Source: the human T2T-CHM13v2.0 reference genome, Homo sapiens. Taken from it: a DNA stretch of 64,000 bases. The DNA lies in assembly GCF_009914755.1 (NCBI RefSeq), contig NC_060934.1; one strand, written 5' to 3'. Made by a program: the position numbers and the translations under genes. The notes below the pieces were generated by a model. The model searched no databases and was not told the origin of the DNA. It saw nothing but the letters and a program-made list of their open reading frames with translations. Shown here piece after piece: positions 47,415-61,080 of this stretch (its first letter is position 1; the number at the start of each line of letters is the position of its first letter).

Positions 47415-48295
47415 TTGACTAGTATAAAAGAAGAAAAAAGAGAGAAGGCATAAATATGAAAAACTAAGAATGAGAAAGGGTACCTAACCACAGACATAAA
47501 TTTCAAATTTTACAAGAAAATATGAAGAATATATCCACGTTAATCAGTTTAAAATCAACTATTTCCTAGAAAAAAAAGAGAAATAACGGTGATCAACTAA
47601 AGAATCATAAAACTTGAATAGAATCATAGTTATGGAGATGAGGGTGAAAGAACATTGTGAGAATGTCTCTGGTGGCAAAATTGATAATTTTTTTTAAAGC
47701 TTGTGAGGTTCAGATAATCTTCACATTTTGTAAACTCCAAAGAGTATAGAAATGTAAAAAGTTTCTCAAACCTCTTTTTGTGTTAGTATAACTGTGGTAT
47801 CTGAATATGAAAATACTAAAAGAAGAAACCTTCAGGTTTACTTCAGTTATGAATAGCAAGGCCAAAATTCTAAGCTGACGACTAACCAATGGCATTCGTT
47901 CACATATTTGAGGAATAACAGTCTGTGTCTAAGTTTTCCTCAGGAATGAATTGCTGATATATTAAAAATAAGTCCATTGGTAGACTATCTATAATAAACT
48001 AGCCAAAGGGCAAATAATACAAATTAATTTCTAAAACTATCAAAGGGGCATTCATTAAACTTCAACATATGTTCTCATAAAAACCGTATTAAATGATCAA
48101 TGAGGATGACAAGAAATATCTAATAAAATTCATCTGTGGGCACCTGTGATGGTGAAATTATTGAAGCATTGCTTTTAAAATCAGATGCAAGGAAGGGTGC
48201 CTATTATGATTTACCATCTTTCTGGAAGTTCTAGTAATTACTCTAAGATATGGAGATAGAAATAAAGAATACAGCAATTGCTAAGTAAGGGAAAG
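47415..48295 (+). mobile_element. Ancient L1ME ORF2 fragment
   Basis: aagaatgagaaagggtacctaaccacagac...ttgaagcattgcttttaaaatcagatgcaagg. Confidence 0.55.
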
Positions 48296-48499
48296 TGAAT
48301 TGCCTGAGAAAGAAAAAGCCTGATTTTTCTTGTATGAGTTGCCTTATTGTTTTCAATGGCTTGATCCCTTGAGCCATATTTGGTATTATATTCAAATATG
48401 GTGCCTCATGCTGGGATAGGAAGCTAATCCTAGCCCTTCCTCATCACTGGGAAAGTGGTCAAGGAAAAGCAAATGGTGTCAAATTCCTCTTTACCCATA

Positions 48500-48905
48500 G
48501 TCGTGGCATGAATTGTGTTTCTCCTTAATTCATATTTTGAGATCTCAATGCTCAGAACGTCAGAATGTCACTGTATTTGGAAATAGGGCCTTTACAGAGG
48601 TGACTAAGTTAAAATGTGATGGTTAGGGTGGGCCTCAATCTAATATGACTGGTGTCCTTATAAGAAGAAGAGATTAGGATACAAAGGGAAGACAATGTAA
48701 AGATATAGGGAAGGTATAGGGGGAAGACCATGGGAAGATACAGGGAAAAGATATAAGAAAAAGCCAAGGAGGGTAGCTTCAGAAGAAACAAAACCTGCCA
48801 GTGCCTTGGTCTCAGACTCCCAGCCTCCAGAACTGCAGGAGACATATGTTTTTGTTGTTTAAGCCGCCCAGTCTGGTACTTTGTCATGGCAGCCCCGGCT
48901 GAGTG
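48500..48905 (+). mobile_element. MLT1B-like solo LTR
   Basis: cagaatgtcactgtatttggaaatagggccttta...atatgactggtgtccttataagaagaaga...cagcctccagaactg...tttaagccgcccagtctg. Confidence 0.85.
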
Positions 48906-49948
48906 GTGTACCCTATTTTCTCACGGTGTTCTTATGTTCTAGTTGGTGTCCAGTGGTCTTGGCGCTATCTGCATAGCTTCTGGTGGCAGTGCCGATGCTT
49001 TATGACCCAGTTTGGTGCACGGATATCCAGCGGCACTGAGCTAGTGAGACCTCACGAATCTCAGTGACCATGGACCAGTTTGCCGTGTCTGATGTAGAAC
49101 TGCTGTTATAAACCTATTAAATGGTGTAGATGCTATCTGGCTGAGACCACAACAGGGATTCCAATGAGGTGGAAGAATCAGGCTTTTTCTTTCTAAACTC
49201 ACACCAACATCTGTGCTTCAGAAGTCTCTCTCAGAGCATTCATCCCCGCTGACTCATACGCTGTGGCAGGCATCGGACACCTACAGTGCAGTGGGTTCTT
49301 TTCCAAAAGTCCATGTGACTTCGTCACGTGAAACAGTGTCTTGTCAAATGCCAGATGCTGCAACTCCCCTGATCCCATAAAGGGGGTTTTGTTCGCATCT
49401 CAAGCAGCCCGGCCCTTCTTGCATTTCTTGAAGAGCTCTGGGACAGTGCACCAGTGGTGCCAGAAGAAAGCACATCACAGGTCTGACTGTGGCACTGAGA
49501 ACTCCTCCTAAAACGAGAGGCAATATTGTTCTAACAAGGAGCACATGGAGGATGCAGATGCCTTAGCCAAAAATCTGGGAAAGTTGAGAAAGAGGAAAAT
49601 ACCAATATTGCCAAATCCTTCTGAGCTACAAGTTAGAAAACATGTTTTATTCAGCATTGGTCTGCATTTTGGTAATTCGATAATAATAGCATTGCCCCAC
49701 TGAAGAACTAAGAATTGCATAGAACTAAAACATAAGTGAATTCACAAGAGGATCCCACTCTTGAACACATTCAACAGAAGGAATGCCCTCATTTGCCTGG
49801 AGAGCTTAAGTGTCACTCTTACACTGCAGTAATGCAAAACAAACCCAATGACGAATTGCCACATTTTAGCTGGGTAGGAGAAAATGTGCTGTAGCAAGAA
49901 GCAGATTGAGAGTGATGTTCTTGTTCATACAGTGTCACATATAATTAG

Positions 49949-50305
<357 letters not shown>

Positions 50306-50773
50306 TCACATCTCTTTTCATTTGATTAGATTTGTATAGCCTCAAATCCTTATGAGTGTCCTTCCCTGTGAAATGTTCTTATGGGAGAAACTATTAGCTG
50401 CGTGCCGTTCCTGGAAAAATTCTGATGACGACAACAAGAAACAACAAAAGCTATGCAGCTTCTTTCTCTCCTGTCTTCTCTGTGCAGGAACATGGAGGCA
50501 GTCCCTGTAGATCAGAATGGTGAAAAGGAATGCACATAACTTCCTATAGTGCAAAGCCAAATCTTTGGATATTCAGCAATAACAACGGTGTTCACTGAAA
50601 GACAGTGGAGGAAGGGGTGTATCAGAGACCTAGGTTTGCATTTTCCAAACTCTACCCAGTATCTGCCTCTCTTTCACTCAATTCCCTGATGCTGAATTCT
50701 GAAAATTTCCCCTAGTAGCCATCTAACATTGGCTTAAAATGAATTTAACATATTCTTTAAAAAAAATATTCTT

Positions 50774-51095
<322 letters not shown>

Positions 51096-51205
51096 TAAAA
51101 AATCTTTAAACATCTCTGAATATTCCAGATGTTTTTCTTTTTATATTTACTCTTTTTTTTCTATTACAAAAGGAAACCAAGTTCATTTTAAAAATGAGAA
51201 AATGC

Positions 51206-51520
51206 AGGGCACAGTGGCTCACGCCTGTAATCCCAGAACTTTGGGAGGCCAAGGTGAGCAGATCACCTGAGGTTGGGAGTTTGAGACCAGCCTGACCAAC
51301 AGGGAGAAGCCCCGTCTCTCCTAAAAATACAGAATTAGCTGGGCGTGGTGGCACATGCCTGTAATCCCAGCTACTTGGGAGGCTGAGGCAGGAGAATCAC
51401 TTGAACCCAGGAAGCAGAGTTGTGGTGAGCCAAGATCGTGCCATTGCACTCCAGCCTGGGCAATGAGAGTAAAACTCCATCTCAAAAAAATAAAATAAAA
51501 TAAATAAATAAAAATAAAAA
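51206..51520 (+). mobile_element. AluSp-like
   Basis: cacctgaggttgggagtttgagaccagcctgaccaacagggagaa; TSD about aaaaatgagaa. Confidence 0.88.
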
Positions 51521-52899
51521 TGAGAACAATACAGGAAAGCAAAAGAACAACCAAATCTCCCACACTCCCACCCACCTTAGGACAACCCTCAGCCTCACCT
51601 TGGAATATTATGTCCTTAGATGCCTTCCTTATACAAATTAAACTATACTATTTGTCTGAGAAATTGTCTCAGAAAATCTACTGATGAGCATTATTTATTC
51701 TACCTTTTCACTACTTAAATTTCAACAGAGCAACAGAACAGAATAGCAAGTAAAAATTTAAACACATTTATGACCATTAAAAAAGTTTCTGAGAAACTGG
51801 CAAAACTTCTTAGAGGTAGATCAAGGTTTGCAAAACTACTCCCCAGGATGCATCCAAAATGACCTAGTTATTAAATGTTTGGTTTTTGACCTAGACATCG
51901 TTTGGCCAAATTGTCTTGTTTTTCAACCTGAATGTAGGCCAGTCTACCTTTGGCCAATGTAATGCTGCCAAAATTGTGTGTGACAAGTCTAAGAGACTTT
52001 CTTCATTTTTTATCTCAGTATTCTTTCTCTAGAACTCAATATCCATCCCTGATCTCATATTGTATCTTCTCCCGTGGCCCTGTTTAAACACCCTCTGGTT
52101 CTCCATCTGGCTCTCTGCCTAAATTTCTGGCAGTTTCTTCAAAGTTCATCCTCCTGAAAAGTCCAAGATGTACTGGGGAGGAAACTGGATATATGTAAAG
52201 TGCATAGTACCTAGTAAATATCTGCCCAACAAAAGTGGTATCTACTCTTATTTTTGCAGCCTTTTATCCAATAACAAGTATAGCATGCATGGTTTAAGTC
52301 TCTTTTAGTCTTCATAAAAATTATGCATGAGTTAGTTTCCTTTCCCCCATGTAAGAGTTGAAAGCACCAAGATGCTGAGAATGTATGTGATTTGCATAAA
52401 TGTGGAGGCAGATTTTAAACAGAGGTCTAACTATTAATTATTTTCTGCACAGAGCTAGATGCAATATGTGGACATGAGAACTGGCTTTGTTTGAAGTTGA
52501 AGGAAACTTTAAAACTTAAAAAACTGAGCACAAAACTAAAAACTTGCTGAGTTTTCAAATTCTGTTATGGCAAATTCTTTCACAAACCTTAAATTTGGGA
52601 ATGTAAATAACATTCTTCCAGGCAATGCAGAGCTATTATTTAAAATTAAAAAAAACAGACTCCTTGAGCAACAGCTTTGTGAACTTGGTTGGCACTACAG
52701 CATGCGTTTTGCAGAGTCAACACAAAATTATTTATGGGAGGTCCTGTTGCTTAATGTGACTCATGTGTGTTTGATTGTGTTTCACAGAACATGGAGAAAG
52801 CGCTGCCATTAGGATGGGAGGTCAACATGGCTCTGCTGGATGCCAGTGGCTTTGGATCTGATCTGACAGAGCTGTAATCAATACTCAGCATTTCCTCCA

Positions 52900-53070
52900 T
52901 GCAGTTACTCCGATCATTTACATATTGCCTTACTCCTCATGGCAAACCTACACATTCTTGTGATTTTACAGATGAAAAGACTGAGGCATGGAAGGGATGA
53001 AGAGCCTGTCCAGGACCAGCAGTTAATCACAGGAGAACTGGGAGCTGAGCCCAGGCTGCCTGGCTTGCAG
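52900..53070 (-). mobile_element. MIR
   Basis: attttacagatgaaaagactgaggcatggaaggg. Confidence 0.65.
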
Positions 53071-53887
53071 CTGCCCTGGGCCTGCCTCTCTGTGCTGCAG
53101 GGCTGTCAGATCCAATGCCCTTGGCATCTGTAGAGAAAAGCAATCCACACAATTCTTATACATAAAATAAAAACCATTTTGGCTACTAAAAAATATACTG
53201 TATTCATTCCACGATCACGTGAATTCATTGGTCAGTCCCAACTATCCTCTTCCAATGTCACAGTAGGTGGGCAGGAGGATGGCGCAGTGGTCAGAGCTGT
53301 GTCACCTTGCTGGCCTGCACCCCTGTCACTGCACGTTCCCACCATGTACCTTATGTGTCTCCCTCCCCCCACCCAACATGGGAACCCACTCCCACATCCC
53401 AGAGCAGAGTCTTCACCATGTTTGAATCTGATCAGACAACACTGGGCAGTGTCCCTGTCGTTCAGGGAAAGAAATGGAAACCTACCCAGGAAGGTGGGAG
53501 GAACACATGGAGGAGACAGCAGTCTGGGTCTGGAATGCTGGTGGGATTTCTATGTGATAGGAGTGAGTGAGGAGATATCTATTTTAGGAAAGAGGAAATA
53601 TCTCATGAGAACAAATGCAGACAGGCCAACCTGGGCACAGACAGGAGTGGTCAAGGGAGCCCAGGAAGGGCAGGGAAGGAGCAGGAGAACAGGGAGGCCT
53701 GGGAGTGGTGGTTTGCAGCCTGAGTGTCCTCTGCATCCTGTCTTCTCCAGGCCCATAGCCCACCTTCTATGAGCTTCCTTCCAGGTTCTGTTATGGAGAG
53801 ACCCTCAACTGCCCAACTCCCTTCTAAAGGGTGATGAGTGGAGAGCACGTACTGGGTTCAACCTGCGGGCTTCAAGACCATGGGATA

Positions 53888-54102
53888 GTGCATGCGTGAG
53901 TGTGTGTACATGCGTGTGTGTGTCTGCATGCGTGTGTGTGTGTGTGTGTGCATGGGTGCGTGTGTGTGCATGCGTGCATGTGTGCATGTGTGTGTGTGTG
54001 CATGTTTTGAGTGTGTGCCTGTGTGCATGTGTGTGCATGTGTGGGTGTGGGCATGAGTGTGTGTGCACTCATGTGTGTTGTGTGTGTGTGTGTGTATGTG
54101 TC
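53888..54102. repeat. Complex (TG)n/(CATG) alternating purine-pyrimidine tract
   Basis: ~215 nt of tgtgtg/gcatgc units. Confidence 0.95.
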
Positions 54103-54184
54103 TATAAAGGGCTTTGTGCAGGAGAGTAGCATGGAACAGCTAGGCATTAGGATGGTAGTAAACCTGATGGGGGCCAAATGAATT

Positions 54185-54318
54185 GAGAAAAGAAGGAAGA
54201 AGGAAGGAAAGGAGGAAGGGAGGGAGAGAGGGAGGAAAGAAGAAAATGAAGGAGGGAGAAAGGAAGGAAAAAAGTAGGAATTAAGAAATAAAGAAAAGAA
54301 AAAGAAGTGAAAGGAGAC
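54185..54318. repeat. GA-rich low-complexity tract
   Basis: gaaggaagaaggaaggaaaggagg... Confidence 0.9.
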
Positions 54319-57300
54319 AGGTGCACAGTGTCAAGGGACACGCACCTTGGCATGGCAGTGGAGATGGAACGAGAGGGACCAGAGGCTTCCCCGACCCCCC
54401 TGAGGGTGACTCGCACAGCAATGCATCAGTCCATCTGTCTCCCACGTTCCTCTCTATGCTTCTCAGGGGAAAGGGGACGTTTCCATTTTATAAAAGAAGA
54501 AATGACCTTACAGGACAAAGACAAAAATAAAAGTATTAAGATTGGTGCTGGATGGATAAGTTTGGATACCCAGCAAATAATTTGGAAAAAAATGAGTAAG
54601 ATTTTTTTAGCTTATAGGCTATCATGAATGCAGTGAATTCAACTCACCTGAGATTATTCACTGTGTTTTTTTTTTGTCTCAAAATATAAAACAGTAAAAA
54701 AACCAGCTAATGTATTTGACCTGTGCTCAGCCTCAGCTGTGTGCCAGGCGCTGTGCTGGGCATGACAGGAAATGCAAGGATGCATAAGACACTCTCCTTG
54801 ACTCCTGTGGAAGTGAGGGAAGAGCATTGCGTGGCAGGAGAGGGAGCCCCCTCAAAGCCCACCCCTTGTCAATCCCTACTGGTCTCACCCCTTCATTTGT
54901 GGTGGTATTTATCTGTGGGTGGAAAGGGGGCACAGAGAGATTGAATATTTGGGAATATTGACATAAGAACCTCTGTGATTTCAAAACTTTCACCTATGTA
55001 TATTTGTTAGTGTTCATCTGATGCTCATGTTAAACAAATGGCCCATGAAGCTCCCTGGTGGGACATTCAGAATCCAGTGGCAACAGAAAAAGTGCAGAAA
55101 AACTGCAACACAAGCATTGCCTTCTTTCTCTATCCATGGGAAGAGGCACTTTCAGAGAATGTAGGGGGTGATGATTCTGGCCAAACTAGGGGTGTGTGTT
55201 GCAAGACAGGAAAGCATCTGCAAGTCCAGCTGGAGATCCTACAACCTCGACCAATGATTATTTTGGTTTCCTATTTCAAACACTGGCTCCAGGTCTGTGG
55301 CTTTTGTTTTTTAATGAGAATGTCAGAGCCCAGAGGCCCTTTGGTCCAATGCAGTTGGGTGGGCAGTGGCTGGGGCACACACGCAGAGCAGAGCTGTCCA
55401 GTAGTGGACAGCACCTTGTTGAGACTCTTCCAGCTCTCCTGGGGAGGAGGTGCAAAATAGACCTGGCGTTTTGTGCCTGAAGCACCATTTGCTTTATATT
55501 GAAGTGATAGCTCAGTAGGCAGCTGTTTTTAAAATTTTCCCTTCACCATGCATGTTTTAAAGGGAAACTTTTGGCTTTGATTTCTTTAATAAAAATCTGG
55601 CGGTAACCGTTCCAGAAACCCATTATGAAGTTGTTTTTTTCCGGCAATGACAATTGTGATCATTGTGCACCTCAGGCCAGTGTCCAGGTGGGCTCTTGAC
55701 CAAGAAGCCTTCCTCCTTTACCAGAACCTGGGACCAAGGAAACCCCAGACACAAACAGGCTGAAGCTATTTGCTTTTTGTCAGCTCCTCGACTGCAGAAC
55801 AGTCCACTCTCACCACACTTATACTGTGCACCCCTCACTTACACTGTGCACCCCATTGCATCTGGCTGTCAGGAAAGCAGCATACCTTAGGTCCAGAGGC
55901 AAACACAGCACTAGTTGTCTTATTGGGGGCATCTCTCTACTGGTACTACCCATCACCAAGGCTTCATGCTTCATCTTGGAAGGAACAGCAGGGAAGTGGC
56001 AGGGGATGAAGGGACACCAATTATTTCTCCAGAGAGAGAGGGGACATGTGTAAAGGCTGATGCTCTCAAAGAGGCTCTACAACCTGATAGGATCACCAAC
56101 CCCATGAGACCTTTCATCTCCATGGCCTGGGCAACAGATTAGTGTCCCCTTTGATTAAGGCCACGTGGCCTTGTTGGCTGGTGGGTGCAGGGTTCATAAG
56201 GAAAGGGGTGGCAATATGGGGCACCAGCTTCTCTAGTTCTGAGAACACCTGCAGCCAGGAGGTTTCTTTTCCCATCCTAGGACTCTTCATCATTTTGGCG
56301 CAGACATAAACATCAGTCTCCAAACAGTGAGCCATTGTCCATTCCTCTGTTCCTTCATCTATTTTTGTCATAGAGCATCATAGTGCATAACTGTACAGCT
56401 CCCTCAGAAACAGGTGGGTGATCCAAAGAACCTGGGATCTAATGAATACATTGAATTTATGATTACAAAAAACCTTCCCACAAAAACAAACAAACAACAA
56501 AAAAAAAAACACAACTCCAGTTCCATAGAGCTTCCCTGGTGAGTTCCACCAAAGAAGAAATGATACTCATTCTATACAAATACTTCTAGAAAATTGAAGA
56601 GAATGGAATTTCTCCTAACTCATTCTTTGAAGCCAGCATTACCCTGATACAAACCTAGTTAAAGACACGACCAGAAAAGAAAACTAAAGGTGAATATCTT
56701 CCATGAAACAAGATGCAGAGATTCTAAACAAAATTTTAGCAAATCAAATTCAATGATAAACAAAAACGATATACATTATGGCCAAATTAGATCTATCCCA
56801 GAAATACAGAGTTGATTTAACATTTGAAAATCTATCAGTCGAATTTACTGTATGAATAAACTAGAAAAGAAAAACCATATGATCATTTAAATATGTGTAT
56901 TTTTTTGAACAAAAGCTAACATCCATTCCTGCCATTCCTGATAAACTCTCAGCAGACTGTAACAGAAAGGAATTTCTCAACCTCATAAAGAATATCTGCA
57001 AAAAACTAGTATAGTAGCTTAGTATAGTACTGATAGTGAAATACTATATAGCTAGTATAGTACTGATTAGTGAAAAATGGAATGCTTTCTTCCTGCTATT
57101 AGGACAAGATAAGATACCTAGTCTCATAACTGCTATTCAACATTCATTGAAGTTTCTAGCCTATGCATCCATCTTGGAAAAGAAGAGGCAAAACAGTTTT
57201 TTCTTTACAGATGACTAAACTTTGATGTAATCTACGAAAAGCTACTAGAACTAGTAAATAAGCACGTTTGTATGATACAAGCTAACACACAAAAGCCAAT

Positions 57301-58095
57301 TGTATTTCTATATATTAACAATGAACAACAAAATATTCAAAAAATTTAAAACAGTACTGTTTAAAATGGCATCAAAAATATTAAATACTTGGTGATAAAT
57401 ATCAGAAAAGATACAAAAAACCTATACACTGAAAATTAGAAAATATTACTCAGTAAAATGTAAAAAGAACTAAATAATTGGAAAGGTAAAACTTGTTTAT
57501 AGATTAGAAGGGTCTATATTATCATGATATCACTTTTTCTATAGTTTCAGTGAAATCCCAATCCAAATTCCAGAAGGAGTTTTTGGGTAGAAATGTACAA
57601 GCTGGTTCTAAAAATTCATGTGGTAATACAGAGGATCTAGAATCACCAAAGGACCACTGAAAAACAAGAGCAAAGTTACAAGGTTGATACAAACTAGTTT
57701 TAAGATTTATCAGAAAGCTAGAGTAATCAAAACAGTGTGGTATTGGCATAAGATTAAAAAAATACATCGGAGTAACAGAAGAGAGTCCAGAAATAGACTG
57801 ACACATAAATGGTACAACCAACTTTTGAAAAAAGTGCAAAGTCAATTCGTTGGAGAAAGCATAGTCTTTTAAACAAATGGTGTTGGAACAAGTGGATCAC
57901 TATATGCAAAAATAATGAACTTTGATACGTATACAAAAATGACTTCAAAATAGCTCACAGGTCTACATGCAAAACCCCCAAATTTAAAAATTCCAGAAGT
58001 AAACAGAAGTAAATCTTTTTAATGTTGTGTTAAACAAAGATTTCTTTGCTATGACATCAAAAGTAAAGTCCATTAAAAAAAAAAAAGATGAATCT

Positions 58096-58385
58096 GACTG
58101 GGCATGGTGGCTCACACCTGTAATCCTAGCACTTTGAGAGGCTAAGGCAGGAGGGCTGCTTGAGCCCAGGAGTTGGAGACCAGCCTGGGTAACATAGAGA
58201 GACCCCCATATCTACAAATAATAAATCAATTAACAAGGCATGGTGGCGTGTGCCTCTGTTCCCAGCTACTCAGAGGGCTGAGATGGGAGGATCACTTGAG
58301 CATGGGAGGTTGAGGCTGCAGTGAGCTGTGATCGCACCACTGAACTCCAGCCTGGGTGACAGAGTGAGAACTTGTCTCAAAAAAA
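58096..58385 (+). mobile_element. AluJ
   Basis: gcttgagcccaggagttggagaccagcctggg; gaggttgaggctgcagtgagctgtgatcg. Confidence 0.9.
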
Positions 58386-58598
58386 GAGATAAATTAGATA
58401 AATTTGACTTTATTAAATTTGACAATATTAAAAACTCTGATTTTTGAAAAACACTGAGAAAAGAATGAAAAGACAAGTCATTACCAGGTGAAAATACTTG
58501 TTGATCAACTATCTAATACATATCTTGTATTCGGTATATAAAGGACCCTCAGAAGTTAATAAGAAGACAAACAACCCAGTAAAAGAATTGAGGCCCTT

Positions 58599-59379
58599 AT
58601 CAAAGAAATGCAAATCAAAACCACAATGAGATACCATCTCACACCAGTTAGAATGGCAATCATTAAAAAGTCAGGAAACAACAGGTGCTGGAGAGGACGT
58701 GGAGAAATAGGAACACTTTTACACTGTTGGTGAGACTGTAAACTGGTTCAACCATTGTGGAAGACAGTGTGGCGATTCCTCAAGGATCTAGAACTAGAAA
58801 TACCATTAGACCCAGCCATCCCATTACTGGGTATATACCTAAAGGATTATAAATCATGCTACGATAAAGACACATGCACACATATGTTTATTGTGGCACT
58901 ATTCACAATAGCAAAGACTTGGAACCAACCCAAATGTCCATCAGTGATAGACTGGATTAAGAAAATGTGGCACATATACACCATGGAATACTATGCAGCC
59001 ATAAAAAAGGATGAGTTCATGTTCTTTGTAGGGACATGGATGAAACTGGAAACCACCATTCTCAGCAAACTATCACAGAGACAAAAAACCAAACACTGGA
59101 TATTCTCACTCATAGGTGGGAATTGAACAATGAGAACACTTGCACACAGGGTGGGGAACATCACACACTGGGGCCTGTCGCAGGGTTGGGGGAGGGTGGA
59201 GGGATAGCATTGGGAGATATACCTAATGTCAATGATGAGTTAATGGGTGCAGAACACCAACATGGCACATGTATACATATGTAACAAACCTGCACACCTG
59301 TGCACATGTACTCTAGAACTTAAAGTATAATAAATAAATAAATAATAAAAAAATTAAAAAGCAAACCAAAAAAAAAAAA
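58599..59379 (+). mobile_element. 5'-truncated L1PA5-like element with 17-bp TSD
   Basis: ORF2 C-terminus (58755-59126), 3'UTR and A tail; TSD aaaagaattgaggccct 58581-58597 vs aaaagaatggaggccct 59376-59392. Confidence 0.92.
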
Positions 59380-60244
59380 GAATGGAGGCCCTATGTTAAA
59401 AAAAAAGAATAGGGAAAACAGACACTTCAGCAAAGAGCAAATAACAGAAGAAAAGATGGTCAACATCATTAGTAATTTGGAAAATGCAAATTAAAACCAT
59501 ACTGAGATACCATACACACTTATTAGAAGGGTTCATATAAAAAGAGTGACCATACCAAGTGCTGGTGAGGATGTGGGGAAGCTGAACTTTCATACATTGT
59601 CTGGGAGGAGGGATGTGAAATGGTACAATCACTTTGGAAGACAGTTCTCAGTTTCTTAAAAAGTTAAACATATGCTTACCAAGTGATCCAGCTATTTCAT
59701 TCCTAGGCATTTGCCTAAAAGAAATGAAAATACATGTCTATACAAAGACTTATGCATGAAAGTTGATACAGCTTTTTATTTGTAATAGCCAAAATCTGAA
59801 AACAACCTAACTGTTCATCAACATATCAGAGGATAAACAAATTGTGGTATGTCCATGTAATAACACTACTCTACAATGAAAAGGAATGAAATATTGATAC
59901 ATAAAACAATGCAGCTGAATCTCAAAATAATTACACTGAGTGAAAGAAGCCAGACTTAAAAGGGCACATCGTGTAGGCACATCATTCATATAAACTCCAG
60001 GAAATGAAAACTAATCGTTAGTGACAGAAAGAAGATCGGTTGAATTGACCAGGCATGGGGCAGAGTAGAGGGATGGGTTACAAATAGGTATAAGAAAACA
60101 TTTGGTGGGGAGACATGTCTTCTGTCTTGACTGTGGTGATGGCTTCATGAGTGTATGAGTAGGTCGAACATCGAATTGTACACTTTAAATGTGTCAGTGT
60201 ATGCTATGTAAATCACACCTCAATAAAGATGTTAGAAAATAAAG

Positions 60245-61080
60245 AGAATTAAAACAGCAATGAGATACCACTACATACCTGTTAGAATGGCTGAAATCCA
60301 AAACACTGGCAACACCAAATGCTGGCAAGGATGGGGAGTGGCAGGAACTCTCATTCATTGCTGAATGGTACAGCCACTTTGGAAGAGACTTTGGCAGTTT
60401 CTTACAAACTAAATATACTCTTAGCATATGATTCAGCAATCGATCACACTCCTTGGTATTTGCCCAAAGGAATTGAAAATCAGTGTCCACAGGAACGTGC
60501 ACATGGATATTTATAGCAGCTTTGTTCATAATTGCCAAGACTTGGAAACAATCAAGATGTCAATAGCTGAATGGATAAACTGTGGTACATCCAGACAATG
60601 GATTAATATTCAGTGCTTAAGAAGAAAGGAGCTATCAAACCATGAAAGGACATGAGAGAAACTTAAAGGCATACTGCTAAGTGAAGGAAGCCAATCTGAA
60701 AAGGCTACATACTGTATGATTCCAACTATATGACACTCTTGGAAAGGCAAAATTATGGAGGTAGTAAAAAGATCAGTGGTTGCCAGGGATTAGTGGGGAG
60801 GGAGGAATGAATAGGCAGAGAACAGAGAAATGTTAGGGCGGTGAAACTACTTTGTACAATATCCTAACAGTGGATAAATGTCATGATAAATTTGTACAAA
60901 CCCATAGGGTTGTGCGACACCAAGATGAGCCCTAATGTACACTGCGTACTCCTAATGTACACTGCGTCCTAATGTACACTGTGGACGTGTCAGGATGGTG
61001 ACTCTCTGTACTTTCACTCAATTTTGCTGTGAACTAAAACTGCTCTCAAAAGTAAAGTATATTTAAAAATAAAAAAAATG
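60245..61080 (+). mobile_element. L1MC1/2-like 3' end
   Basis: gaagccaatctgaaaaggctacatactgtatgattccaactatatgac...aaaaagatcagtggttgccaggg...aattttgctgtgaactaaaactgctct. Confidence 0.8.

Larger units (their letters stand above)
56455..60232 (+). mobile_element. Old L1M (MB/MC/ME-like) ORF2 and 3'UTR, interrupted by an AluJ and an L1PA5-like element
   Basis: ORF 57684-57872 FKIYQKARVIKTVWYWHK; 3' end tatgtaaatcacacctcaataaag. Confidence 0.8.

Noticed and set aside
53805-54177. His/Thr-rich and Cys/Val-rich ORFs
   Set aside because: Translations of the (TG)n microsatellite.
60931-60981. Short direct repeats as a CRISPR-like array
   Set aside because: Eukaryotic context, no unique spacers, and located inside an L1 3'UTR.
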